A DNA stretch of 33,883 nucleotides, from contig JAYGDX010000353.1 in the NCBI GenBank assembly GCA_046582655.1, positions 1-33,883 of the forward strand, given 5' to 3'. The stretch comes from Candidatus Poribacteria bacterium (lineage in GTDB: Bacteria > Poribacteria > WGA-4E > UBA9662). The translations under genes were made by a program, and so were the position numbers. How positions within the stretch are numbered: position 1 is the stretch's first letter; the number at the start of each line of letters is the position of its first letter. Below the pieces are notes generated by a model. The model was not told the origin of the DNA. It saw nothing but the letters and a program-made list of their open reading frames with translations, and did no database searches. Of the stretch, positions 9,066-18,200 are shown in pieces.

Positions 9066-10073
9066 ATGCAAGGTGTCTTATCCGTTGGTGTTATCGGCAC
9101 AGGCGGGATAGCTCAATCGCATATCAATGCTATTAAAGATCTGGAGAATATCCGACTGGTGGCCGTGATGGACATTGATCCCAAGCGGGCAGAGGAAACC
9201 GCTGTCAAATACGGAGCCGAGGCTTATAACCAATTAGAAGATCTATTAACCAACCCTGACATTCAAGCAGTGCACGTGTGTACACCTCACAGCTTTCATG
9301 CTAATCAGGTTGTATCGGCAGCAGAAGCAGACAAACACGTGATGGTCGAAAAACCAATGGCCTTGACCGTAGCGGATTGTGACCGGATGATAGATGCCTG
9401 TGACAGATCGAACAAGATCCTGATGGCGGGACAAGTGATGCGGCATTATCCAGTGAATCTAAGAATCCGCCAACTCATCGCCGATGGCACTATCGGGAGA
9501 GTGGGGCATCTAATGCGTCGGCGATTCAGCTATTTCGATCCCAGTCAGCGAGGAAACAATTATCAGAAATGGTATCTCGATCTAGAGATTGGCGGAGTAT
9601 GTGTTCTCTATTGCTTTGGACCACATGAATATGACATTCTACCTTGGTACCTGGATTCTCCGGTGGTAGAAGTATACGCAACAGGAACAGAGAGTACAAA
9701 ACTATACCAAGGACAAAAGGATTCTTATACTACAATAATGACCCATCAGAATGGTGCAGTCAGCGTTCTTTCACAATCAGTAGTTTGCCATACTGGTGCG
9801 CATGATCAATATATTATCGGTAGTCAGGGATCAATCATGTCAACCAGTCAGAAATTGATTTTGAATGGCAAGGAAGTGTTGGTAGAAGGAAGTGCGTCCG
9901 ATGGAATGAAGGAGCAAATTAGAGAATTCGCCAATTGCTGCCTGACAAACCAGAAACCTGATGCCAACGGTCGATCCGTCAGGCACACGATGGCCGTGAT
10001 TGAAGCAGCTAAGTGCAGCGCCGAAAGAAAAGAACCTGTACAGATGTCCGAATTTGAACCCGCTAACAGGTGA
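9066..10073 (+). CDS. Gfo/Idh/MocA family NAD(P)-dependent oxidoreductase
   Basis: VGVIGTGGIA Rossmann motif, VCTPHSFH and KHVMVEKPMA; AAGGAGG RBS. Confidence 0.95.
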   Translation: MQGVLSVGVIGTGGIAQSHINAIKDLENIRLVAVMDIDPKRAEETAVKYGAEAYNQLEDLLTNPDIQAVHVCTPHSFHANQVVSAAEADKHVMVEKPMALTVADCDRMIDACDRSNKILMAGQVMRHYPVNLRIRQLIADGTIGRVGHLMRRRFSYFDPSQRGNNYQKWYLDLEIGGVCVLYCFGPHEYDILPWYLDSPVVEVYATGTESTKLYQGQKDSYTTIMTHQNGAVSVLSQSVVCHTGAHDQYIIGSQGSIMSTSQKLILNGKEVLVEGSASDGMKEQIREFANCCLTNQKPDANGRSVRHTMAVIEAAKCSAERKEPVQMSEFEPANR

Positions 10074-10236
10074 CTTTTACACATACTTAGTCTTGATCAA
10101 TCAGCATGTTTGGATCATCGGACATCCATTTTCAATAGCCAAGTTCGTTAATTGATCAGTATAATCCAGTGAACGCAAGGGTAGAATTTCTAATGTGTGG
10201 AAAAGAGACGAAAAGCGTCTGAGGGAGACGGAAATT

Positions 10237-11121
10237 GTGAAAAGAAACCTAGCTTTGATCTGCAGTTTCTTGGTTGTGATAACTTGCTTCTCGATACTAA
10301 GTTGTGGAAAGGATAAACCTGAAGCGCAAAAAGCAACAACTGATACGGCTTCTCTTCCTAAGACAAAAATTGGGATAGACGGAGCCAAGATGGTACTGAT
10401 ACCAGCTGGCCAGTTCCAAATGGGGTCAGAGGACGGGGAAGACGATGAAAGACCAATTCATCAGGTTGACCTTGATGCTTTTTACATCGACGCAAATGAG
10501 GTTACTGTCGGACAATACAGGAAATTTGTTAGTGCAACTGGTCACACTGCACCCAATTGGAACCAGGTTTCACAATCAGCTCGAACCGATAATCATCCAA
10601 TAATAGGGATAACTTGGGACGATGCGATGGCATACGCTATCTGGGCAAGTAAGCGTTTGCCAACCGAAGCAGAATGGGAATATGCCGCGCGGGGTGGCGT
10701 CCCTGACCGCAAATACCCGTGGGGTAACCGGGAAAACCCATCCATGGCCACTTACGGTGTGGCTGTACCTACACCCATCGGCTCACATCAGCCAAATAGC
10801 TATGGTTTATATGATCTAGCTGGTAATGCCTACGAGTGGTGCCTGGACGAATACGAAAAGAATTACTATCAATCCAGTCCAAAACGGAATCCGCTTTGTG
10901 GACGAAATATGCAGGAATTTAACGAGACTTTTAGAACGGATCGAAAGAAATTGAAGGGGCTACGCGTGTTACGTGGTGGTTCATGGACAAGTTCTGCCGA
11001 ACTAATCCGCGTCACTTCGCGCAGTCGGTTCGAACCGACTGCAGCACTGCATGACTTCGGGTTTCGGTGTGCGGAATCCGTAAAACCGCTTGACCAAGTC
11101 AACTGGAATGCGAACCGCTGA
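10237..11121 (+). CDS. formylglycine-generating enzyme (FGE-sulfatase/SUMF1) domain lipoprotein, probably non-catalytic
   Basis: GTG at 10237 follows a GAGGGAG RBS (ORF track starts at 10195). Lipobox ILSC; IPAGQFQMGS, RLPTEAEWEYAARGG, NSYGLYDLAGNAYEW and RGGSW...GFRC motifs. The catalytic Cys pair after RGGS is missing. Confidence 0.9.
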   Translation: MKRNLALICSFLVVITCFSILSCGKDKPEAQKATTDTASLPKTKIGIDGAKMVLIPAGQFQMGSEDGEDDERPIHQVDLDAFYIDANEVTVGQYRKFVSATGHTAPNWNQVSQSARTDNHPIIGITWDDAMAYAIWASKRLPTEAEWEYAARGGVPDRKYPWGNRENPSMATYGVAVPTPIGSHQPNSYGLYDLAGNAYEWCLDEYEKNYYQSSPKRNPLCGRNMQEFNETFRTDRKKLKGLRVLRGGSWTSSAELIRVTSRSRFEPTAALHDFGFRCAESVKPLDQVNWNANR

Positions 11122-11361
11122 TCTTTTTAACTACCGATTTAAGATTTGAATTGTTGAGAAAGTATAGATTAACGCCCTTTATTTTACCATTCTATAGCAT
11201 ATTCTCATTTGATGTTCCTAATTATCTGAAAAGAGAAGAACCAATCCATGATTAGAAACAATCTCCTAATTTGATGAATCCCAGATTGCATTAACAATAA
11301 GGAGAGATAGGCATTAATATAGCCGTTTAGTTACAGCTGGTTGATATGCGAATGTGGAAAA

Positions 11362-12096
11362 ATGGAACTAAGTGAAGAGGATATTTGGTATTTTCGGTAT
11401 AACGGTTTTTATCGACTGCCTGAACTATTAGCAGGCGATTTAATTGATCGGCTCAACGACGTCACGGATATGCAGATTTCCGGATTAGTCGAACCTATTA
11501 TCTGGGAATCCACAAAATCACGGACACCAACTGACATTCGTCGTTTATCTAAAATAGTTGAGCGTAATGCGGCCTATCTAGAAGCCGCATCATATCCGAT
11601 TGTACTGGACGCCCTACAGGGAATACTGGGACCGAATATTGAACTTTTGACAAACAAACACAATCACTTGATGGTTAGACCCGCCGGATCATTTCCCGTA
11701 CCTTGGCATAGCGGTGAGGAACCGTATGATCATCTATTGATTACGGTAATTATTTACCTGGAGGAATCTACTCTCGATAACGGCTGTATCCGTCTTGTTC
11801 CAGGAAGTCACATGCGACCGTTTAACCGTACCCGACGTCCCAAGCAGGATAGTTTCCACGAATCTGACCTTTACTATCGTTCAGTGCCAATGCCCATGCC
11901 GAAAGGTGGAGTACTCTTATTTAATGATTCCTGTTTTCATGGCTCGGATAAAAACAGGAATCACCAGTCCCGCCGAAGTATGACCCTTGGATATCAGGCT
12001 CACAATGTCCATAATGTAATAAAGGAGGATCCTGAAAAAATTCTGCTTCGAGGTGAAAAAACTTATATTGGACACCCTCATCCATTTCCTTATTAA
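11362..12096 (+). CDS. PhyH-family Fe(II)/2OG enzyme with HxG iron motif (candidate halogenase)
   Basis: ATG at 11362 (ORF track uses TTG 11341). YFRYNGF, ILGPNI, PWHSGEE (HxG in place of HxD), IIYLEES...NGCIRLVPGSH and FHGS...SRRS motifs. Confidence 0.88.
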   Translation: MELSEEDIWYFRYNGFYRLPELLAGDLIDRLNDVTDMQISGLVEPIIWESTKSRTPTDIRRLSKIVERNAAYLEAASYPIVLDALQGILGPNIELLTNKHNHLMVRPAGSFPVPWHSGEEPYDHLLITVIIYLEESTLDNGCIRLVPGSHMRPFNRTRRPKQDSFHESDLYYRSVPMPMPKGGVLLFNDSCFHGSDKNRNHQSRRSMTLGYQAHNVHNVIKEDPEKILLRGEKTYIGHPHPFPY

Positions 12097-12185
12097 ACCT
12101 GAACCAAACAGCTTGGAATTGCGTCTGAATATATGTTATAAAATAAAATTGGTAATAGATAGTGGATAAGGGTTAAAGAGGTTCG

Positions 12186-13496
12186 ATGAAACGAGTACTA
12201 TTGAAATATACTTTGATTTTGACAGTTGGTTTTTTTCTGTTCATAGCCCAACAGTCAGTAGCAGACAACTGGCCAACTTGGCGTGGTCCTCATGCCAATG
12301 GTGTCTGCGATGAGTCGAATATCGCGAATACTTGGAGCAAGACAAAAAATGTGCGATGGCGGCTGGAATTGCCTGGACAGGCGGGATCTACCCCCGTCAT
12401 ATGGGAAGACAAAATTTTCCTAACCACTGTTGGTAATAACAATGAAGATCTGCTGTTGATGTGCATTGGTACCGATGGTACAGCAAGGTGGAAAAAGAAA
12501 CTGGGGACTGGTAACCGTGATGTCAGGCGTGGTGAAGGGAATTCGGCTTCACCGTCACCCTGTACGGATGGTCAACACGTCTGGGCATATTTCAGTACTG
12601 GTGACATTGGTTGTTATGATTTTGATGGCAATCAGATTTGGAAAGGAAACCTGGAGAAATGGTATGGTGAGTTTAACATGTACTTTGTCATGGCATCTTC
12701 ACCGATTGTAGACGGTAATAGGCTGTATCTACAGTTAATTCACAGCAACATCCGTAACAAAGATGACAAGACAGCTGGGTTAGTTCTAGCATTAGATAAA
12801 CTATCGGGCAAAGAAATCTGGGCACATGAACGCCAGAGCGATGCGCATTCTGAGTGTGAACACTCCTACGCTTCTCCATTTCTGTACCGTGATAACGAGC
12901 AGGAATTTCTACTTTCGCATGGTGCGGACTATATCAGTGCCCATAGCCTGAGTGACGGCAGTGAAATTTGGAGGTGCGGCGGACTCAATCTTAAAGACCG
13001 TTATAATCCCTCCTTGCGGTTCGTTGCTTCACCAGCCGCTGTTCCTGGATTGATCGTTGTCCCTTCCGCTAAGAACGGCCCCGTATTAGGCCTAAACCCC
13101 AATGCTAAAGGGAACATCACCGACACAGATGAAGGCCACATTTGGCGTCGCGATGACAATACGCCTGACGTACCTTCGCCGCTGATCCACGATGGTTTAG
13201 TCTACCTTTGCCGCGAAAATGGTGTTTTGATCTGTATCGATGCCCAAACAGGCGAGGAAATTTACCAGCAAAGAACCCACAATAATCGACATCGTGCCTC
13301 CCCAGTTTATGCAGACGGGAAAGTCTACTTGACCTCAAGAGACGGCTTAGTTACTGTGGTTAAAGCTGGACGGAAGTTTGAGATCCTCGCACAAAATGAC
13401 ATTAATGAAACCATCGCTTCCTCTCCCGCTATCTCGAACGGCGCCATATATCTTCGTAGTTATCAAGCTCTTTACTCAATCAGAAATTCGCAGTGA
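12186..13496 (+). CDS. secreted PQQ-like beta-propeller repeat protein
   Basis: Signal peptide followed by ADNWPTWRGP; repeated SP....G..Y blades (STPVIWEDKIF, SSPIVDGNRLY, ASPVYADGKVY, SSPAISNGAIY). Confidence 0.92.
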   Translation: MKRVLLKYTLILTVGFFLFIAQQSVADNWPTWRGPHANGVCDESNIANTWSKTKNVRWRLELPGQAGSTPVIWEDKIFLTTVGNNNEDLLLMCIGTDGTARWKKKLGTGNRDVRRGEGNSASPSPCTDGQHVWAYFSTGDIGCYDFDGNQIWKGNLEKWYGEFNMYFVMASSPIVDGNRLYLQLIHSNIRNKDDKTAGLVLALDKLSGKEIWAHERQSDAHSECEHSYASPFLYRDNEQEFLLSHGADYISAHSLSDGSEIWRCGGLNLKDRYNPSLRFVASPAAVPGLIVVPSAKNGPVLGLNPNAKGNITDTDEGHIWRRDDNTPDVPSPLIHDGLVYLCRENGVLICIDAQTGEEIYQQRTHNNRHRASPVYADGKVYLTSRDGLVTVVKAGRKFEILAQNDINETIASSPAISNGAIYLRSYQALYSIRNSQ

Positions 13497-13507
13497 TGGA
13501 GAAATTT

Positions 13508-15640
13508 ATGAAATTTAAAATGTTGCGTTGGGCATTTTGTCTCTTGTTCGCTTCTACAAACTTCGGCTCTGCTGACAATTGGCCCCATTGGAGGGGACCA
13601 AGTCAAAATGGCGCATCTTCGGAAGAAAACTTGATTTCTGAATGGTCGAAAGATGGAAAGAACTTACTTTGGGAAGCAAACTTTGTAAGTCGCTCCACAC
13701 CCGTTGTCATCAGCAACCATGTGTATGTTCTTGGTCGAACAGGAAAAGATATCACCGAGCAAGAACACATCGCTTGTTTCCACGTCCAAACCGGCGAAAA
13801 AGTATGGGAACACAAATTCAATGTCTTCCACACTACCATTCCTTTTAATCGCGTTGGCTGGGCAAGTCCTGCTGGCGATCCTGAAACCGGGAATATTTAC
13901 GTCCATGGTGTGCAGGGAATGTTTTACTGCTTTAATGCTGAAGGGGAAATCTTGTGGTCTCATTCGTTGACGGAAGAATTCGGACGGATTTCAGGTTATG
14001 GGGGCCGGACACATACACCATTCATTGATGGCAATCTGGTCATTATTAGTTACTTGAACGCGAGTTGGGGAGGTCAAGCTGCAACCCGGCATCGCTATTT
14101 CGCTTTCGATAAGAATACCGGGAATGTGGTTTGGGTTGCCACTCCAAGTGGGCCACCCAAGGATACAACCTACTCTGTGCCTGTGGCTGCAACTATCCAT
14201 GGTCGACGGTTACTGGTGGCAGGCAATGCAGACGGATCTATCTATGCTATGGACATGCAAACGGGCAAGAAAGTCTGGGGATTTAAGCTGAGCAAGCGAG
14301 GAATTAATGTCTCGGTTGTAGCAGATGGACATCTGATTTATGCTGCCCACAGCGAGGAAAATCTTGACAACACTTCCATGGGACGCGTAGTTTGCATTGA
14401 TGGGCGAGGAACAGGTGATGTCACCAGGACCCATGAAGTTTGGCGACTTGACGGTTGTCAAGTTGGTTATACTTCACCAGCCCTACACCAAAAACAAATC
14501 TACCTAGTGGATAATTCAGCCAACATTCATTGCCTCGATGCCAAAACTGGAGAGGAACAATGGATACAGAATATCGGCACAGTGGGAAAAGGTTCACCCG
14601 TTTGGGCTGACGGGAAGATTTATATACCGGAGGTCAATGGCCATTTCCACATCTTAAAAGTGGGGCCAAGTGGCGCGGACGTACTCAGCACCGTTGAACT
14701 GTCCGTCGAGGCTGAGAATCGAGCCGCAGAGATTTATGGCTCGCCTGCTATTTCGAATGGACGAATTTTCTTCGCTACTGAGGATAGGATCTACTGTTTG
14801 GGCAATACCAAAACAACATCAGTCACCCTGCAACTTACCCCAGCAGAAGTAGTTTTGAAACCAGGCCAAAAGCAGGATTTCAAACTATCTGTGTTTGGAG
14901 ATGAATCGGTTAATATCAACGATGTTGCATGGTCAGTGAAAGATTTAGATGCCAGTGTTTCTGCTGGTGAATTATCAATTAGCCCAAATGCCATAGGTCA
15001 GGCAGGCACGGTTTTCGCCACCCTGGGTGATGCTACAACTTCTGCACGTGTGCGTATAATCCCTCCTCTGCCTTGGACAGAAGACTTCGAGTCAGTAGCC
15101 GAAAACAAGATTCCAACCCACTGGATTGGAGCAACAGGTAAGTTCTTCGCTCGTCAACAAGGTGACAATAAGATCCTAGCTAAGACTCTAGCCAAACGGG
15201 GGCTGAATCGTTCAGTCGTCTTTCTAGGACCACCAACGATGAGCAATTATACTGTGAAGATTGACCTAATGGGAACAAGGAATAAACGGCGCTTACCTGA
15301 CATGGGGCTAGTTGCCAATCGATATATACTTGACCTGCAAGGGATTCACCAGCGATTGCAGGTGAGATCTTGGTCTTCGGACTTGCGGATGGCCAAACAG
15401 GTCAATTTTAAGTGGGAAACTGATGTTTGGTATGCCATGAAAATGCGTGTTGACGTTGACCTGGTCAATGAAGAAGCCATTGTTTTGGGCAAGGTTTGGA
15501 AGAAAAGCGATCCTGAACCAAACCAATGGACGATCAAAGCAATCGATCCCCTACCTAATAAAACTGGTAGTCCAGGTATTTATGGCTATTCCGCGGCGGA
15601 AATCTACTACGATAATTTGAAAGTGACAAGGACGGAGTAA
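13508..15640 (+). CDS. secreted PQQ-like beta-propeller protein with C-terminal Ig-like and lectin/ConA-like extension
   Basis: ADNWPHWRGP after the signal peptide and propeller blades to about aa 435, then a beta-rich extension ending PGIYGYS..EIYYDNLKV. The extension's fold is inferred. Start options are 13493, 13496 or 13508; 13508 has a GGAGA RBS. Confidence 0.88.
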   Translation: MKFKMLRWAFCLLFASTNFGSADNWPHWRGPSQNGASSEENLISEWSKDGKNLLWEANFVSRSTPVVISNHVYVLGRTGKDITEQEHIACFHVQTGEKVWEHKFNVFHTTIPFNRVGWASPAGDPETGNIYVHGVQGMFYCFNAEGEILWSHSLTEEFGRISGYGGRTHTPFIDGNLVIISYLNASWGGQAATRHRYFAFDKNTGNVVWVATPSGPPKDTTYSVPVAATIHGRRLLVAGNADGSIYAMDMQTGKKVWGFKLSKRGINVSVVADGHLIYAAHSEENLDNTSMGRVVCIDGRGTGDVTRTHEVWRLDGCQVGYTSPALHQKQIYLVDNSANIHCLDAKTGEEQWIQNIGTVGKGSPVWADGKIYIPEVNGHFHILKVGPSGADVLSTVELSVEAENRAAEIYGSPAISNGRIFFATEDRIYCLGNTKTTSVTLQLTPAEVVLKPGQKQDFKLSVFGDESVNINDVAWSVKDLDASVSAGELSISPNAIGQAGTVFATLGDATTSARVRIIPPLPWTEDFESVAENKIPTHWIGATGKFFARQQGDNKILAKTLAKRGLNRSVVFLGPPTMSNYTVKIDLMGTRNKRRLPDMGLVANRYILDLQGIHQRLQVRSWSSDLRMAKQVNFKWETDVWYAMKMRVDVDLVNEEAIVLGKVWKKSDPEPNQWTIKAIDPLPNKTGSPGIYGYSAAEIYYDNLKVTRTE

Positions 15641-15645
15641 ACAGA

Positions 15646-17091
15646 ATGGAATTATTTCTTAAATCAGCAATCTACATTTTATTTGTCATCTTAGCTACCT
15701 CTTTGGTTCTTGCCGATCATCACCAGATTGAAACCTCAATGTGGGGATTTACACCCAGCCGAAACTTAGTCTCCGACGAGACCAATCTGCCGACGGAGTG
15801 GGACCCAGACACAGGAAAGAACATCAAGTGGGTAACCCAACTTGGGTCGCAGACCTATGCCGGTCCCATCATTCATGGTGGAAAAGTATTTGTCGGCACT
15901 AACAATCAAACCATATACAATCCGAAACTGACCGGAGATCGAGGTGTGATTGCGGCCTTTAATGAATCGGATGGACAATTTTTGTGGCAATCCACTCATA
16001 CCAAGCTAACCGCAGGTCGGGTCAACGATTGGCCACAGCAAGGAATCTGTTCTACGCCTTATATTGAAGGTGATCGACTCTACTATATTTCCAACCGTTG
16101 CCAAGTTGTCTGTGTTGATACCGAAGGATTTCTCGATGGTGAAAACGATGGTCCGTATACCGAGGAAGCTGAAACGAGTAAGATCGACGGTGATATCATC
16201 TGGGTCTACGATATGATGGAAGAACTCGATGTCTTCCCACATAATCTTGCCACCTGCTCACCCGTTGGGGCTGGAGCCCTGCTGTTTGTCGAAACTAGCA
16301 ATGGCGTCGACGAAGGGCATATTCACATTCCGTCGCCGTTAGCTCCCAGTTTTATCGCTTTGAAAAAAGAAACTGGCGAACTGGTTTGGGAGGATGCATC
16401 CCCAGGACAAAATATTTTGCATGGTCAATGGGCTAACCCAGCCTATGCAGTGATAAACCAGCAACCACAGGTGGTCTTTCCCGGTGGTGACGGTGTAATT
16501 TATGCCTTAGAACCGGAAACTGGAGAACTGATCTGGAAATTTGACTGTAACCCCAAGGGATCGGTCTGGGAACTTGGCGGTCGTGGGACGCGCAACAGCA
16601 TTATCTCAACGCCGGTGATTCACAATAACCAAGTTTTCATCGCTGTTGGACAAGATCCAGAACATGGAGAGGGGGTTGGTCATCTTTGGGCAATTGATGC
16701 CACTCAAAAAGGAGATGTAACCGAATCCGCAGGGGTCTGGCATTTTGGGAACAAAGACTACAACCGAACCATGTCTACTGTTGCTATCCAAAACGGTTTG
16801 CTTTTCACTGCCGACCTAAGTGGTTTCGTTTACTGCCTAAATGCCGATACAGGTCAACACTACTGGACTTACGATACCTTTGCTGCTATCTGGGCCTCGA
16901 CCTTCGTAGCAGATGGCAAAGTTTATATTGGTGATGAAGACGGTGATTTGGCCGTGTTAGAAGCCTCAAACGAGAAAAAATTGCTCTATGAAGTCAACAT
17001 GGGCAGCGCCATATACACAACCCCAGTCGCTAAGAGCGGCGTGCTATACATAGTTAGTCGCAACAAGCTGTTTGCCATTGAAAACCAGTAA
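15646..17091 (+). CDS. secreted PQQ-like beta-propeller repeat protein
   Basis: Signal peptide; MWGFTPSRNLVS, NIKWVTQLGSQTY, ICSTP and STFVADGKVYIGDEDG motifs; acidic insert DTEGFLDGENDGP; GGAG RBS. Confidence 0.92.
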   Translation: MELFLKSAIYILFVILATSLVLADHHQIETSMWGFTPSRNLVSDETNLPTEWDPDTGKNIKWVTQLGSQTYAGPIIHGGKVFVGTNNQTIYNPKLTGDRGVIAAFNESDGQFLWQSTHTKLTAGRVNDWPQQGICSTPYIEGDRLYYISNRCQVVCVDTEGFLDGENDGPYTEEAETSKIDGDIIWVYDMMEELDVFPHNLATCSPVGAGALLFVETSNGVDEGHIHIPSPLAPSFIALKKETGELVWEDASPGQNILHGQWANPAYAVINQQPQVVFPGGDGVIYALEPETGELIWKFDCNPKGSVWELGGRGTRNSIISTPVIHNNQVFIAVGQDPEHGEGVGHLWAIDATQKGDVTESAGVWHFGNKDYNRTMSTVAIQNGLLFTADLSGFVYCLNADTGQHYWTYDTFAAIWASTFVADGKVYIGDEDGDLAVLEASNEKKLLYEVNMGSAIYTTPVAKSGVLYIVSRNKLFAIENQ

Positions 17092-17102
17092 GGATACAAT
17101 TG

Positions 17103-18191
17103 ATGCACTCAGAGAATCAACAACTGACGACTAAGATTTCCGACTGCCAACGCGCTTTGGACGAGCAGGTTCGACATGTCATCAATTGTCATTTTGATCC
17201 AGAAAAGGGCACGCCGTTTTGGTTGGAGTATGCAGGAAAACTTGGTTTCGACCCACGCAACAAAATTCATGGTTATAATGATCTGACGTTGCTGGGACAT
17301 TTTCAAGATGAGTGGTTACGCGGTGGTCCCATTCGGCGGTGGGTCCCCAAGGCCCTTGCTGATCAACCAATTTACGTTTTTGAAACAGGAGGGTCAACAG
17401 GGCTACCCAAATCAAGGATCAGCATTCGGGACTTCCAGATTGACTACGAACAGTTTAGCCAAAGGTTGTCTTTCGAAACATTCCCGCACGGTAGTGATTG
17501 GCTGATGTTGGGTCCCAGTGGGCCACGCCGACTGCGCTTGGCGGTTGAACATCTAGCACAGGTTCGGGGTGGGATTTGCTTCCTAGTTGATCTTGATCCT
17601 CGTTGGGTGGGTAAATTGATCAAGCAAGGCAAACATCATCAGTTCGAAGCCTATCGGGATCATATCGTTCACCAAGCCCTGCAACTGCTGAGAGCTCATG
17701 ACAATATTGAGTGTCTCTTCACCACCCCTAAACTTCTTGAAGCATTATGCGAGAAGATTTCGCTCAACAAAGCTGGTATCAAAGGAATCTTCTGTGGCGG
17801 GACAGAGATGAGCGCCCAGTTTCATCGATTTGCACGTGAAGAGTTAGTCCCAGGTATTGACTTCGTTCCAACTTACGGTAATACATTGATGGGTTTAGCT
17901 TACTCTAAACCGTTCGATCCAGCGGATAATTATTCAATCGTCTACTATCCCCCCAATCCTCGTGCTGTCATTGAACTGGTTACCCCTAATAATCCACACA
18001 AAACTGTTGGTTACGGTAAAACAGGTCGTGTCATGCTGACCACGCTGACGGAAGAATTCTTTATGCCTCGCTTTTTGGAGCGTGACGAAGCTGAACGAGC
18101 TGAACCGACTGAACAGTTCCCATGGGATGGTGTACAGGATCTCCGCCTTTTCTCTGAACTAAAAGAAACCGTTTCAGTCGGTGTTTATTAG
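17103..18191 (+). CDS. EhpF-like atypical ANL-family adenylating enzyme (short, phenylacetate-CoA-ligase/LuxE-related)
   Basis: HFDPEKGTPFWL, FETGGSTGLPK (ANL P-loop), VDLDPRWV, LFTTPKLL, GGTEM, PTYGNT, PRFLERD and terminal GVY match, in order, the recalled sequence of Pantoea EhpF. About 360 aa, with no C-terminal ANL subdomain. Confidence 0.85.
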   Translation: MHSENQQLTTKISDCQRALDEQVRHVINCHFDPEKGTPFWLEYAGKLGFDPRNKIHGYNDLTLLGHFQDEWLRGGPIRRWVPKALADQPIYVFETGGSTGLPKSRISIRDFQIDYEQFSQRLSFETFPHGSDWLMLGPSGPRRLRLAVEHLAQVRGGICFLVDLDPRWVGKLIKQGKHHQFEAYRDHIVHQALQLLRAHDNIECLFTTPKLLEALCEKISLNKAGIKGIFCGGTEMSAQFHRFAREELVPGIDFVPTYGNTLMGLAYSKPFDPADNYSIVYYPPNPRAVIELVTPNNPHKTVGYGKTGRVMLTTLTEEFFMPRFLERDEAERAEPTEQFPWDGVQDLRLFSELKETVSVGVY

Positions 18192-18200
18192 GAAAACTTG

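Noticed and set aside
10237..11121. Active formylglycine-generating enzyme
   Set aside because: It lacks the catalytic Cys pair following RGGS, and no sulfatase is adjacent.
10237..11340. Diversity-generating retroelement targeting the FGE-domain gene
   Set aside because: No second copy of the 3' region (template repeat) and no reverse transcriptase or Avd gene were seen in the window.
12119..12149. Sigma70-like promoter (TTGCGT ... TGnTATAAA) upstream of the propeller operon
   Set aside because: The -35/-10 spacing is non-canonical and the region is AT-rich; it is plausible but cannot be supported from sequence alone.
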